A stretch of 64,000 bases of DNA from the NCBI RefSeq assembly GCF_006345805.1, contig NC_043010.1, positions 44,888,001 to 44,952,000 on the forward strand, read 5' to 3'. The notes below the pieces were generated by a model. It worked only from the letters and a program-made list of their open reading frames with translations, searched no databases and was not told the origin of the DNA. The position numbers and the translations under genes were made by a program. Origin of the DNA: Octopus sinensis. Lineage: Eukaryota. This document shows positions 24,457-35,552 of the stretch, piece by piece (position 1 is the first letter of the stretch; each line of letters starts with the position of its first letter).

Positions 24457-27400
24457 CATATTATGTAGACAGAGTTAAAATCCAATCAGTGTCCTCTTGA
24501 AATATATCTGATTATTTCATCCCAAATATAAGGTTTGTATTATTTGATTCGCTGTCTTAAAAATTGCCAATAGAAGATATATTACATATTTTCTACAATA
24601 TGAACAATTTCATTACTTCTATTAGCAAATGGAACACGTGTAATAATGAATAAATAATACCAAAAGTTGTTTCAGATCTAAGGGGCGCAATGCAAAGAAG
24701 AAGAGTGGCTGCAAATATACAGTATACTCGTAATTCTCATACTTGCAACATTTGCGGGTTTCTTTGTAAATCGTTGGTGGGACTCAAATGTCACGTTCGA
24801 CAGAAGTATTATGACTGACAAAGGAAGTGTAAGTTGTCGGATCTTCATATGTCGAAACCTATTGGTTCCTACCAATCGAAATGCTTTACATTTTCTGGGA
24901 AGGGAGATAAGGCATCATACTTTTTCCTAAGGCAAAACATTTTGCAGGTGATTTGTACTGGAAGTGTTTTTATGCTTGCAGGAGAAAGCGATTATATAAT
25001 GAAAATATGTCTATACATTGTTATCGAAACAACAGCCAATTTTTTAATTTCCTCAATGTCACTCGATGTAATGAAGGAATTGCTACACATGTAAAATTGC
25101 TTGTATTCAATGAAAAGTGTAAGCATTTTTTAAAGTTTAGTTGAATGGGGGCGATTATGACTTCGAGGTAAATGTATTCTTGCTTTCTTCAATGCAGAAA
25201 TAAATATTTGTTGTTAATTCTTCCTTTTTAAGAATCAATTATTCATGTAGACCATGTGCAATAACGTATGAAACGTTGTGGTTCTCATGAGTAAATTCAT
25301 TTCTTTTTCACTAAAGTTAAGGAATTTCAGTTTTTCGCATAGACTTCAAGCAGCCGTTCGCTTAAGACGGCCACAAAATGAAACTTTTGTTCTTCTTTTT
25401 GATATTGAAATTCCTTGTTAGCTAACCAAATAATTTCTGTGTGCAATGGCACATATTCAATAAAATTAGTGGTCGGAGAAAATGAGGCAATTGGCCGTAG
25501 TTTGCCAACCTTGCTTCCAGGGCATTACTGGTGTGAAAAGAAATACCTCACATGAAATTCGAAACCAAATTACTGCTTTGACCCTCCTCTCTTCATACCG
25601 ATCTTTTTTTATTGTGGAACGTACACAAGATAAGTGTCAACCATCCTAATCAATCTACCACACTCATTATTATATCGGTGTTACTGGAACCAATGCGTGA
25701 GAATCGCATCAAATATTTACTACCATTTAGTTCGATTAAGGCAACGAGCTTGCAAAATCATTAACTAACTGGACAAAAGGCTTAGCGGCATTTCGTCCGT
25801 CTTTACGCCCTGAGTTTAAATTGGCCCGAAGTCGACTTTGCCTTTCATTCTTTCGGAGAACGATAAAATAAGTACCATCGAACACTGGGGTCGTTGTAAT
25901 CGAGAAGCCGTCTCCCACAAAATTTCAAGCTCTGTTCCTGTAGTGGAAAATATTATTACTTTGGTGGAAGACGACGAAGTGGCAGAATCATTAAAGTGTC
26001 GGCCAAAATGCTTAGCGGCATTGCTTCAAGCCTTTTGCGCCTGAGTTTAAATCTCACCAAGATCCCCTTTGTCTCGCATTGAGTGTATAAGAATACTATT
26101 GGGATTTCTCTTCATATATATAAGTGTGGTTTCAATTTAGGTAAGGATATTTTGCTCGAGAGTAAAAGTTTGTTTTACGGACTAGATTTTAGACGAATCT
26201 AGGACTCAATAGACATTCAAGAGGTAGAAAACGCCTTTAAAAATTAATAGTTACACTTCTAAGCGAGTATTGTATTGAGGGACTTAGGTTTTAGATCTAA
26301 GTTAAGGCCATTTCACTTTATTTATGCTGTTAATGTCTTGAAATATCACACCAGCTCCTTTCTTTTAAAAGCACGGGGTTTTTGTTTCTAGTTCTCTAAA
26401 GAAAACTATAATTTATAATCCTGTAGCATCAACTTAAAGCATATTTTAAGATAAACTTTCAGCTAACAAACAAGTTTATATTTGCAGAATACTGTGAAAA
26501 ATGTTTGGAAGACAGTGTCGTATCTGGATACTATGAACATCCACAACGTTGTGACGGCTTTGTACAATGCCAGTATGTTAATAAAACATTGACTGCTTTT
26601 GAACAGTTTTGCAACGAAGACACATGTTATAATAAAGAGACTCAGAACTGCGACTATTGTTCAGAAACTACATGCCAGAAAAGTAAGTATAAACTTAACA
26701 TTGGATTTTTCGCATCGAAACCAAATTCATTAAAACTTAGTTAATTTAAAAACTGTTTCTAAGGGTAGTTTTCTTACACACATTCTTAAGACCGACCTCA
26801 TTGGAAAATTTGGGGGTTACAGTCAAAAGAAGAGGTGAATAAATCAGCCGTAAATTTTGAAGATAATATTATCACTAATACACTGGAAGCGAGTATTATG
26901 TTTAATATAGAGCAACACTCATTTTTACTAAGATAAACACCGTACTAGTTTATATGTAAAGGTGGCGAGCTGGCAGAAACGTTAGCAGGCCTGGCGAAAT
27001 GCTTAGCGGTATTTCGTCTGCCGCTACGTTCTGAGTTCAAATTCCGCCGAGATCAACTTTGACTTTCACCCTTTCGGGGTCGATTAAATAAGTACCAGTT
27101 ACGCACTGGGGTCGATATAATCGACTTAATCCGTTTGTCTGTCCTTGTTTGTCCCATCTGTGTGTAGCCCCTTGTGGGCAGTAAAGAAATAGGTATTTCG
27201 TCTGTCTTTACGTTCTGAGTTCAAATTCCACTGACGTCGACTTTGCCTTTCATCCTTTCGGGGTCGATAAATTAAGTACCAGTTGCGTACTGGGGTCGAG
27301 CTAATCGACTGGCTCCCTCCCCCAAAATTTCGGGCCTTGTGCCTAGAGTAGAAAAGTATATGTAATATAATTTAATTTGGGATAATCAACAAATACAAAC

Positions 27401-30400
27401 TTTTTTCTTGGTTTCATTGGGCAAAACAAATTTTATTTTTCATTGCAGAATGTGATTATCCCACAAAGTTTAAGGATGTTTTCTCTTGCAACAAATATTT
27501 TGAATGCGATAACTCGGGTTTCAATTACGAAGCAAAGATTTGCCCACCTCAAGAAAGATTCGACCAAAAAACATCACGCTGTGTTTCAGATTACAGATGT
27601 GTAGGACCTGTTCTCATTAAACGTATGTTTACATTTATGCTTCTCCTTTTACTTATTGTTTCTTTTTCACATCAGATAATTTGATCGTGAAGTCTTCACG
27701 ATCATATTATATTTCAGTATTTAGTTACGTCGCTTTACTTTCTTAGTTTATAGCTCTTACCTGATCTCTAAAATATATATTAGTCAAATACAGTGGTCAA
27801 CTTAAAAAATGTCACCATTTAGTTTGAAAATCTGATAAATATCTTTACAGTCATACAAAATTTTAAAATGAGTGAAACAGTATTTAGTAGCCATGTCGCT
27901 TTAAATTCTGGATTCAAACTCTGCTTAGTGTTGGTCATAGATTCAAGTACTGTAGGCGGAAAGTTAATAAATCAAATTGTTTTAAGTAATCTACACAATT
28001 AGAAAAATATTACTGAATCTTTTAGCTCTTATAACTCACTGTATATTATAGAGCTCCTTGAATCAATTACATATTTACTTTTCAATTGACAGAATTCTGG
28101 ACTATATGTGGTACTTAGTTATTTTTCTCTTACAATTATGTTACCTACTGATGAACTATGTCTATAAATATGTATGCATGTTCTTTTTACTGATTAGCCA
28201 TCGTGACTTGAAGGTTCATATTCTGAAAAAGCTTCTAAATATCGTTGGATGATAAAACATAACAGCTCAACTCAAATATTCCTAGTGGTTTGTTATGAAT
28301 AGATTTTTTTAATGATGGATGATAGAGATTCAAGTATAGCATGATGGATTTGATGTTATGGTAAGGGGTGTAAGTCTACATATTGCATATTAAGAATGGA
28401 GTACTTCATAATGGATTAAAACCTAAAAAATAAACAGAGATAGTGTGACTGCTCTCCGCAAAACGTAATCAATCACTTTTTTCCTGGAAATATTTTTTAA
28501 AATGGTCACACTTGCTGAAGATTTCTGAGCCAATATTTGGATCGTCCGCAGATGTATCCATACAGACACAGCACAGGCAACGCTTTCAGGTGTTTTTGGA
28601 TAAAGAGTTCAGAAATAACCCAGTAGGTTTACCATTAATTCCTTCAACTAATTCCATTAATTCATAGGTCCCGCTAGTAGATCCCGTATGTAATAGGGCG
28701 AATTCACATAGTTAGTGATAATTTACAAATTTTGAGTTTATTGTTAGAAGTAAGACTTCTTGTGGCTATGTTACAGATGTATGAATTAACTAGTAAAACT
28801 AATATAAAAGATTTATTTTGCCTATGGTACATTTTTGTAATGTTCCTTGATGACAACCAGTTGGATTAAAGAGAAAAGGCTAATGTAATGAAAATAAAAT
28901 AATAAAAATGTGGTTATTTGTTTACTCAATTAAAAATACGTGTAAAGATTTTAAGCTATGAGAAAGATATATAATACCCCCTATATATAAGAAAAATAAA
29001 ACTTAAAAGAAGAAAAAGTGAGGGAAAGTACAGATGAAGAAAAATCATTTTGTACCATCTCTGAATTGTGAGATATTATTTGCTATTGGTAGATCCATGA
29101 AAATAAATTGCACCCCCGGCCTTGGAAGCCTTTTAAAGAGCGGTTTTTAAATGTTCTCTCTCTCAGACTGGTAAATTTCTCATTGGAACAAAAAATTTCA
29201 CAAGTTTTCTGAATAATTCCCAAAGAACTATTATAAAAGACTCATGTTTACTTATTTAAGTACATTTTTGAAATGAATATAGCCTGTTAAAAACCAACAA
29301 AGTCTTTGCTATTTTTGCTCATTATCGGATATTTTAAAACGTTGATAGATCTGGTTATAATAATGAAAGATTGAAGTTTAATAATTTATCTATTGATTCT
29401 TTTCAATATATTCTCCCCCCTTGATAATAAACATAACAAAAGATATTATGATTTGATATATGTTATCCATAGTGAAGATTTATTTGTTGAAAAAAAGTAA
29501 ATAAAGATTTGAGAGTAAGGTAAAATTATAGGCAGTCTTTAATTTTTGAAATAGTAACTTGATAACTAGGAATCTTTTGGCGATGATTTTTACAAACTGG
29601 AAATACTGGCTACCCTCGTTTCAACTCGAAGGAAAACTGACGCTTCCAGAATAACTTATATTTAGCATATCAAATAAATGTTTACTTTTATGCTACATTT
29701 CACCTATAGTTTACTAAAATCGGGATAAGTCTTACGAAATAAAGTTAACTTAAATAGATTTAATTTGCATAAGCATTTTACCGATCACTTTAACGCGAAT
29801 TTAATGACGAAAGGTTCTGTGTTATAAAAAGACATACAATTATCTGAATACAGTGAGATGACTGTAGATGTTTTGAAAACAACTTGCACGTACAAGTACT
29901 ACCAGTAGAAAGCTCTGCATACTGGAAGCCAGCAATTGTATGGGGTCAACAGGAGAGAATGTGCGCCTTTTCAGGGCCTACCTCTTGACGGCATCATTGC
30001 GAACTGTAATGAGGCCCCACTTACTAGATGAACTGGTTATCAGATACAGCTCAATATTCTTCTAGCCGTAGCTCATCGTCTTTTTTTAATCAAATCCAAT
30101 GGCTAACCTTTTCCGCTGTAGTTTGGATATCACTCATGGTGTTATTTGCTTTACAATAAGTTAGGCCTAACGATAACTACAGTCGCCTCACATTGTGTCC
30201 AATGAATCCTCTACATCCGACTTCGATTGGAAAATACTCCGCTTTCCAGCCTGCGTCTTCCTCGAGGAGGTTTGCAAAACGTTCAATCTTTCGCATTTCT
30301 TTTTTTCAGCGTGTTCTGAAACATTCAAGCCGTCTAAATCTCTGGGCAAATTCTGGCAGAAGGATGCTACAGGTTGGATTGAAAAGGAGTGTGGTCCTGG

Positions 30401-32789
30401 TACTGGTTTCGACGTCAAATCATGCACTTGTGCTAAAATGATTCCTGTGAATGATGGTAAGTTCGAAAGCAACTCATTTAATCAATTATATCAAAAAAGT
30501 AGATGTGTGTGTAGGAGCGGAGGAAAATGTCTTTGAGTGAGAATGATTCGAAGTCTTAATACAGACAAAAGAGATGAATGGCAGGAAGATCATACTGTGT
30601 GTATGCACAGAGTTCCCTTTTCGGAATGATATATAAGTAGAGATGAAAAAAAGTATTGAGAAATTTGTATTTCGGAGTAGTATAGAATATAGGACTTGCA
30701 TGTCAGTAGCAGATGAGGTATGGAATCAAGGTAGGATCGGAGAGCCAGATACTAAGTGAAGAGAAAGCAGAATTAGCTAGGAAATTTTAGTTCTAGTTTT
30801 TAGTACCTACCAAAGTGCAGAATTTGCCTACAGTGACAGGTTCAATATTGTATTGGACTACATTTTATGAATATAGGTAATTAGCTTCGTTATATATGCC
30901 TCTATTCAGAATGGGAATCGAATTGTACTCAACTTTATCTTTTTATGATCTTCTGTGGATCGCCAATACTCATTTTTTACAGATATACCTTTGTCATATA
31001 CCTCTGTTACACATTTTGTTTATATTTGAACTGTAACTCAACCTGTTTACTATATACATATTGGGAATTAACTTGATACATTCTAATTGTATATAACGAA
31101 TAAATGGTGATTAGCATTTTAATGAAATTAAATTTTTACTCAAACCATTAGACTCGATTTCTTTATGACTTTCTAACAATCGAACTTCTATGAAATTTTA
31201 AGATATTTGTTACTGTTCATGTTTGTTTTTGATTTTTTTTTCTAGCTAAAACTTGTCTAATTCTTGATATGCCGCTGAAGAACAGTTGTGTTGAACTCTC
31301 TCATAACTATTGGGTGAATAATCTTAACGTTACGTTTTCTAATGGTGCTGCTCAATTTACTACTGGTTCTGGCCTGGTGATTCCAGCTTTGATAAACAAC
31401 GATTTAGGTGAGAATGTTGAAATTAGTATGAACTTTTATATTAAAAGTTCTCCCAAAGATTCGTACACCATTGTGACTAACGGAAATTGCGATCGTAAGC
31501 CTTCACTCAGTATTGGAGTCGAAAATGCAAACACCTTCCCAACAGTTTTTGGCTTTATGAAATTAGAAGGAAATGTGTCCCCAGTACAGATGAGGACAAG
31601 AGTGGTAAGTGAAAGAAGATATATTGTTTTAAAAATATATTTTTATTTAAGTAGTCTGAAATTGAATAGTAAAACGTAACTGATACAAAGCGTGATGATG
31701 TATATCTCTAATGGTAACAAATGTCCATAAATCAAAGAATTAACTAATGCTTATTTCCCGCAAGTATATTTCAGTAAATGGCTTTAATTTCTACAGTCAA
31801 ATGTATTATCCATTAATCGGGGACTAATCTTATTGACTTAAGGATCGTATCATTCCAAGCAAACCGATGATAATATTTGTGATCGGAAGTGAATCTGTTT
31901 CAACATATTGTGTTTCTGATGTCTACAACGGTTAACCGTAGAATATTAACCCCCTTATTGGGGTTAATTTTCAATAACACAATGTACTTTTGCTTAAAAT
32001 TTCAACTTTTCGGTTCACCACTTTAAGTATAGTAACCTGCACTTAATTATATGACATATTTGTTCACCATAACATCGACAGTTACACGTTTTAACATAAT
32101 ATAAATTGTTAGTGATAAGAAATACAGATCTTAGAATATCATCGATATGAAGCGAGCGCTACGAATAGAGAAGTAAGCTTGGAATTAACCGGGTTTTTGT
32201 TTCCTTCAAATTACTTCCGGTTAAAATATATGTACGTCCCAACACACCATTTTTCTACTCTTTTAAGCTTGAAGAAAAATAAATATTAATTCTGTTTTCC
32301 TATTCATAGACTAGGGAGACAAAATTAGTATTCATCGTTATATTGCCAATAGAAACCATAGGTAAGAATTAAAATAATAATATTTAATTTATCATAGGTA
32401 TTAAACGAATGGTATAACATCAGATTTGGAAAGTCAAGCGATAAAGTGCGAATGTACTTGAATAACAATCTTCAAAAAGAAATAAAAATTGAGGGTAAGT
32501 GAAATTATAAAATCAGAATTTAATAAAAATATAAAATAAATAACAAGTTTAAAATATTTTCAGATCAACCAGATCCCTTAACTTTTGTGTCGTGTATTTC
32601 AGTAAATCAATACTAATTCAATAGAACATATTCATAAAACATGTAAGATTAATTCATTGTACGTTATTTACATTTGACGGATATTTGTCCTCATCTTCTT
32701 TGTTGTTGCCACCACATTTCGGCTGATATACCCTCCAGCCTTCATCAGGTGTCTTGGGGAAATTTCGAACCTGGGTTCTCATTCCTAAG

Positions 32790-32840
<51 letters not shown>

Positions 32841-32950
32841 TCACTACCTGGAATCGACCTCGGAATCTTGGGGTTAGTAGCCCGCGCACTTAAACACTAC
32901 GCCATATGCCCGTGGGCATATGGCATAGTGGTTAAAAGCGCGGGCAGTGA

Positions 32951-32994
<44 letters not shown>

Positions 32995-34629
32995 TCAAAA
33001 AATACCTTAGGAATGAGAACCCATGTTCAAAATCTCCCCAAGACACCTGATGAAGGCTGGAGAGTATATCAGCCGAAACGTTGTGTTAACAACAAAGAAG
33101 ATGAGGACAAATATCCGTCTAATGTAAATAATGGACATAACTCCTCATCTCTTAAATATAGAACTGTATTAATTCATTGTGCCTGATACTTATGTTTTAT
33201 CGTATTGTTACCTTTCTCTCTCATTACTATGAGAAATATATCGATACCAATACTACTAGATGTACACTTTATGAAATTAATCAATTATATCCCCTAAATT
33301 AAAAGCCAAATATCTAAGTGAATAAAGCATTATATAGTAACTGGGTTCATATATGATGCAGGCACGTCTTTGTATTTGAATAGGAGATTTATTTTTACCG
33401 GACTCTGTTGTTGTTGGACACGCCGAAGAGGAGGTTTAACTTACATTCACTTACCATCATGAAGCCGAATATACAGTTGCCGAAAAAGACATATATACTT
33501 TTAAAAATATAGACTTTCTATTGTATATATTTGTGGGTCAAATCTTTTATATTTTGTAATCTCCAAATAGTTTGTGCCTGGTTTTCGATTGGCGATATTA
33601 TTTATACATTTAGAAATAGTGTAATTCTCCATCAATCTTTTAGACCTTGTTGTACTACTAACCTCTTATTAGTGCAATCAGTGGGAAGACAAGAACAAAA
33701 CCGTATCTAGACATATACATATTGAAAAAAGACTTTATAACGAGTAGCAATTAAGCGTATTTTCTATGGCGTCTTTAGACAAGACATTTAATTCTAAGCT
33801 AAGTTCACATAGATATACAAAATCGATATAGAAAATAAGTTTCTAGTAAGGGAATATTATCTGTCATAGACGGTTGTTACTTTTAAGGATTGGTTTATCG
33901 CTCTTCTCTTTGGTGACAAGAAGCTAGAGATAAGCTCTAGATGTTTGGACCTATCTTGGATATCGTAGAAGGATTTAGAGATATTACAATTTTGCTTTAA
34001 TTTTCAGGTGCTATCGAAGTAGTTGACAGTGCATTGAGTATTGGAAAACCTTGTGCTCAAAACGTTTTCGTTGGTTCAGTAAACATGGTGAGTTACATTT
34101 TTCTTACACAATGTCATAGATTGGAAATGGATTCATAATGTAGTAATTAATGTCACATATTTGTAGTATTGTGTGTCTTACAAAATTCTCATACAACAGA
34201 CAATACCATACATTCACAATATAGTGTTCAATATTCTGACTCATACGATACAGATTTTAAGAATGCACATCCGTTTCATGAATACATCCGCTATAGTATC
34301 AGAGGAACTACAACAAATCTACAACAATTTAATCTACGACCATAGAATCTAATTTACTATTATAAAACTTATTCTACGTCTATATGATCAAATTACAATA
34401 TTACCTTATATACAACTACATAATTTACCTACCAATGTACAGTGTATCATAGTATTTTACATTTTAACCTACAATAATACGATGTAATATATAGATACAT
34501 TATGTTATATATCGCTTTTCAATCTAATAAATTAATACTGCATAACAAATAAGAAAATAAATGAAATTATAAAATTCTTTCTTTTTGCTCTTTCAACAGT
34601 TCAAGCTCACCAAATGCCCATCATGGTAA
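23993..34629 (+). CDS. Secreted chitin-binding (3x CBM14-like) + laminin-G protein, Pif/BMSP/LamG3 family; 8 coding exons, 386 aa
   Basis: Exons 23993-24071, 26488-26682, 27449-27622, 30310-30456, 31246-31604, 32398-32494, 34008-34087, 34600-34629 total 1161 nt in one frame. All introns are GT-AG with compatible phases (1,1,1,1,0,1,0). Protein begins MKIFLGFLLLCVTCLSAFA (signal peptide) and ends ...FVGSVNMFKLTKCPSW*. Confidence 0.88.
25738..25955 (+). mobile_element. Diverged Meta-domain-like SINE in intron 1
   Basis: ggcaacgagcttgcaaaatc head, gtcgactttgcctttcattctttcgg core. Confidence 0.75.
26488..26682 (+). CDS. Exon 2: chitin-binding type-2 domain 1
   Basis: Acceptor tttgcag; (K)YCEKCLEDSVVSGYYEHPQRCDGFVQCQYVNKTLTAFEQFCNEDTCYNKETQNCDYCSETTCQK; donor gtaagt; GYY.HP..C..FVQC motif. 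Confidence 0.9.
26961..27356 (+). mobile_element. Meta-domain-like SINE dimer in intron 2
   Basis: Head at 26961; first unit ends gccccttgtgggcagtaaagaaata|ggtatttcg (27191/27192); second unit has the alternative ccctcccccaaaatttcgggccttgtgcc tail. Confidence 0.92.
27449..27622 (+). CDS. Exon 3: chitin-binding type-2 domain 2
   Basis: Acceptor cattgcag; (K)CDYPTKFKDVFSCNKYFECDNSGFNYEAKICPPQERFDQKTSRCVSDYRCVGPVLIK; six-Cys pattern; donor gtatgt. Confidence 0.9.
30310..30456 (+). CDS. Exon 4: reduced (4-Cys) chitin-binding-like domain 3
   Basis: Acceptor ttttttcag; (P)CSETFKPSKSLGKFWQKDATGWIEKECGPGTGFDVKSCTCAKMIPVND; donor gtaagt. Confidence 0.88.
31246..31604 (+). CDS. Exon 5: laminin-G domain, N-terminal part
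   Basis: Acceptor ttctag; (A)KTCLILDMPLKNSCVELSHNYWVNNLNVTFSNGAAQFTTGSGLVIPALINND...IVTNGNCDRKPSLSIGV...QMRTRV; donor gtaagt. The V.N..V.F..G.A.F.....L.IP and V.NG.C motifs are typical of the Pif-type LamG. Confidence 0.9.
32398..32494 (+). CDS. Exon 6: laminin-G domain, middle part
   Basis: Acceptor atcatag; VLNEWYNIRFGKSSDKVRMYLNNNLQKEIKIE(G); donor gtaagt. Phase 0-1 exactly bridges exons 5 and 7. Confidence 0.85.
32661..33167. mobile_element. Palindromic non-autonomous retroelement: head-to-head tRNA-like heads + (AAT)n + hammerhead-bearing arms, 13-bp TSD
   Basis: Symmetry centre at 32912/32913 (gccatatgccc-gt-gggcatatggc). TSD attaattcattgt at 32648-32660 and 33168-33180. Lies in intron 6. 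Confidence 0.85.
33042..33087 (+). ncRNA. Minimal type I hammerhead ribozyme motif (Penelope-type)
   Basis: GACAC-CUGAUGA-AGGCUG(GAGAGUAUAU)CAGCC-GAAA-CG-UU-GUGUU: intact core, 5-bp helix II, palindromic ACGU helix III, GUU cleavage triplet, helix I GACAC/GUGUU. Confidence 0.8.
34008..34087 (+). CDS. Exon 7: laminin-G domain
   Basis: Acceptor ttttcag; (G)AIEVVDSALSIGKPCAQNVFVGSVNM (G.I......L.IG.....F.G motif); donor gtgagt. Confidence 0.88.
34600..34629 (+). CDS. Exon 8: C-terminus and stop
   Basis: Long pyrimidine tract then caacag; FKLTKCPSW*. Confidence 0.8.
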   Translation, partial: FKLTKCPSW

Positions 34630-34691
34630 ACAGACTGTAACTATTCACGTTCAATGAAAACAACTCATCGAAAGAGAATTTGATGTTTAAA

Positions 34692-34728
34692 AATAAATTT
34701 ATAACTGTCCCTTTTTTAACTGAATAAA
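34692..34728 (+). terminator. Candidate polyadenylation signals of the Pif-like gene
   Basis: AATAAA at 34692-34697 and 34723-34728, 60-100 nt after the stop. Confidence 0.5.
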
Positions 34729-35108
34729 TACATGAATCAGCTACTAAAGTTGGCATTAACAATTGCTAAATTGATTTGTTGGCGTTATCTTTCTTGTTAT
34801 ATCTTTTTGGCTTCAGCGCATAACATTAAAAAAGTAACTTTAGTATTACCCTGCTTGTACGTATTTACATCAATCAGAGAAAAACAAAAGGCAAAGGAAA
34901 TTTCGGTAGCGTGCAATATATATTTTGTGACTTAGTCAAGCTGTGACTGCGAAGTAAACTTCTTTAGCCGCTTAACTATGCGTACATTATCTGGCAAAAA
35001 CTGACAGGAGAAAAGCGCAGGCACCTAGTTATCGTAACACAGTAACATTAATGATGAATTTTATTTTGCTTGCAGCAGATAAATTAAAAAAAAAACTTTT
35101 TGTAGTCA

Positions 35109-35264
35109 GGAGTGGCTGTGTGGTAAGTAGCTTGCTAACCAACCACATGGTTCCAGGTTCAGTCCCACTGCGTGGCATATTGGGCAAGTGTCTTCTGCTA
35201 TAGCCCTGGGCCGACCAATGCCTTGTGAGTGGATTTGGTAGACGGAAACTGAAAGAAGCCTGTC

Positions 35265-35318
<54 letters not shown>

Positions 35319-35552
35319 ATGTGTTTGTGTGTCTGTGTTTGTGTGTCTGTGTTTGTGTGTCTGTGTTTGTCTCCCTAGCATTGCTTGACAACCGATGCTG
35401 GTGTGTTTACGTCCCCGTCACTTAGCGGTTCGGCAAAAGAGACCGATAGAATAAGTACTGGGCTTACAAAGAATAAGTCCCGGGGTCGATTTGCTCGACT
35501 AAAAGCGGTGCTCCAGCATGGCCGCAGTCAAATGACTGAAACAAGTAAAAGA
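35109..35552 (+). mobile_element. Full-length CORE-like tRNA SINE, about 480 bp after the Pif-like stop codon
   Basis: ggagtggctgtgtggtaagtagcttgc head, core, internal (TA)/(TG) tract, gactgaaacaagtaaaagag tail. Confidence 0.92.

Noticed and set aside
30193-30309. ORF extensions upstream of exon 4 (CPMNPLHPTSIGKY... / SNESSTSDFDW...)
   Set aside because: A strong acceptor at 30309 gives the in-frame junction; the HP..GKY resemblance is in another frame with no usable splice sites.
32310-32361. Alternative phase 0-1 mini-exon (TRETKLVFIVILPIETI) with AG/GT borders
   Set aside because: Does not fit the LamG pattern; 32398-32494 supplies the expected W-containing strand and has better splice context.
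32837-32911. Possible tRNA gene
   Set aside because: Has A/B-box-like motifs but no convincing acceptor stem and runs into (AAT)n; treated as a SINE-type head. The same applies to all other SINE heads in the window.
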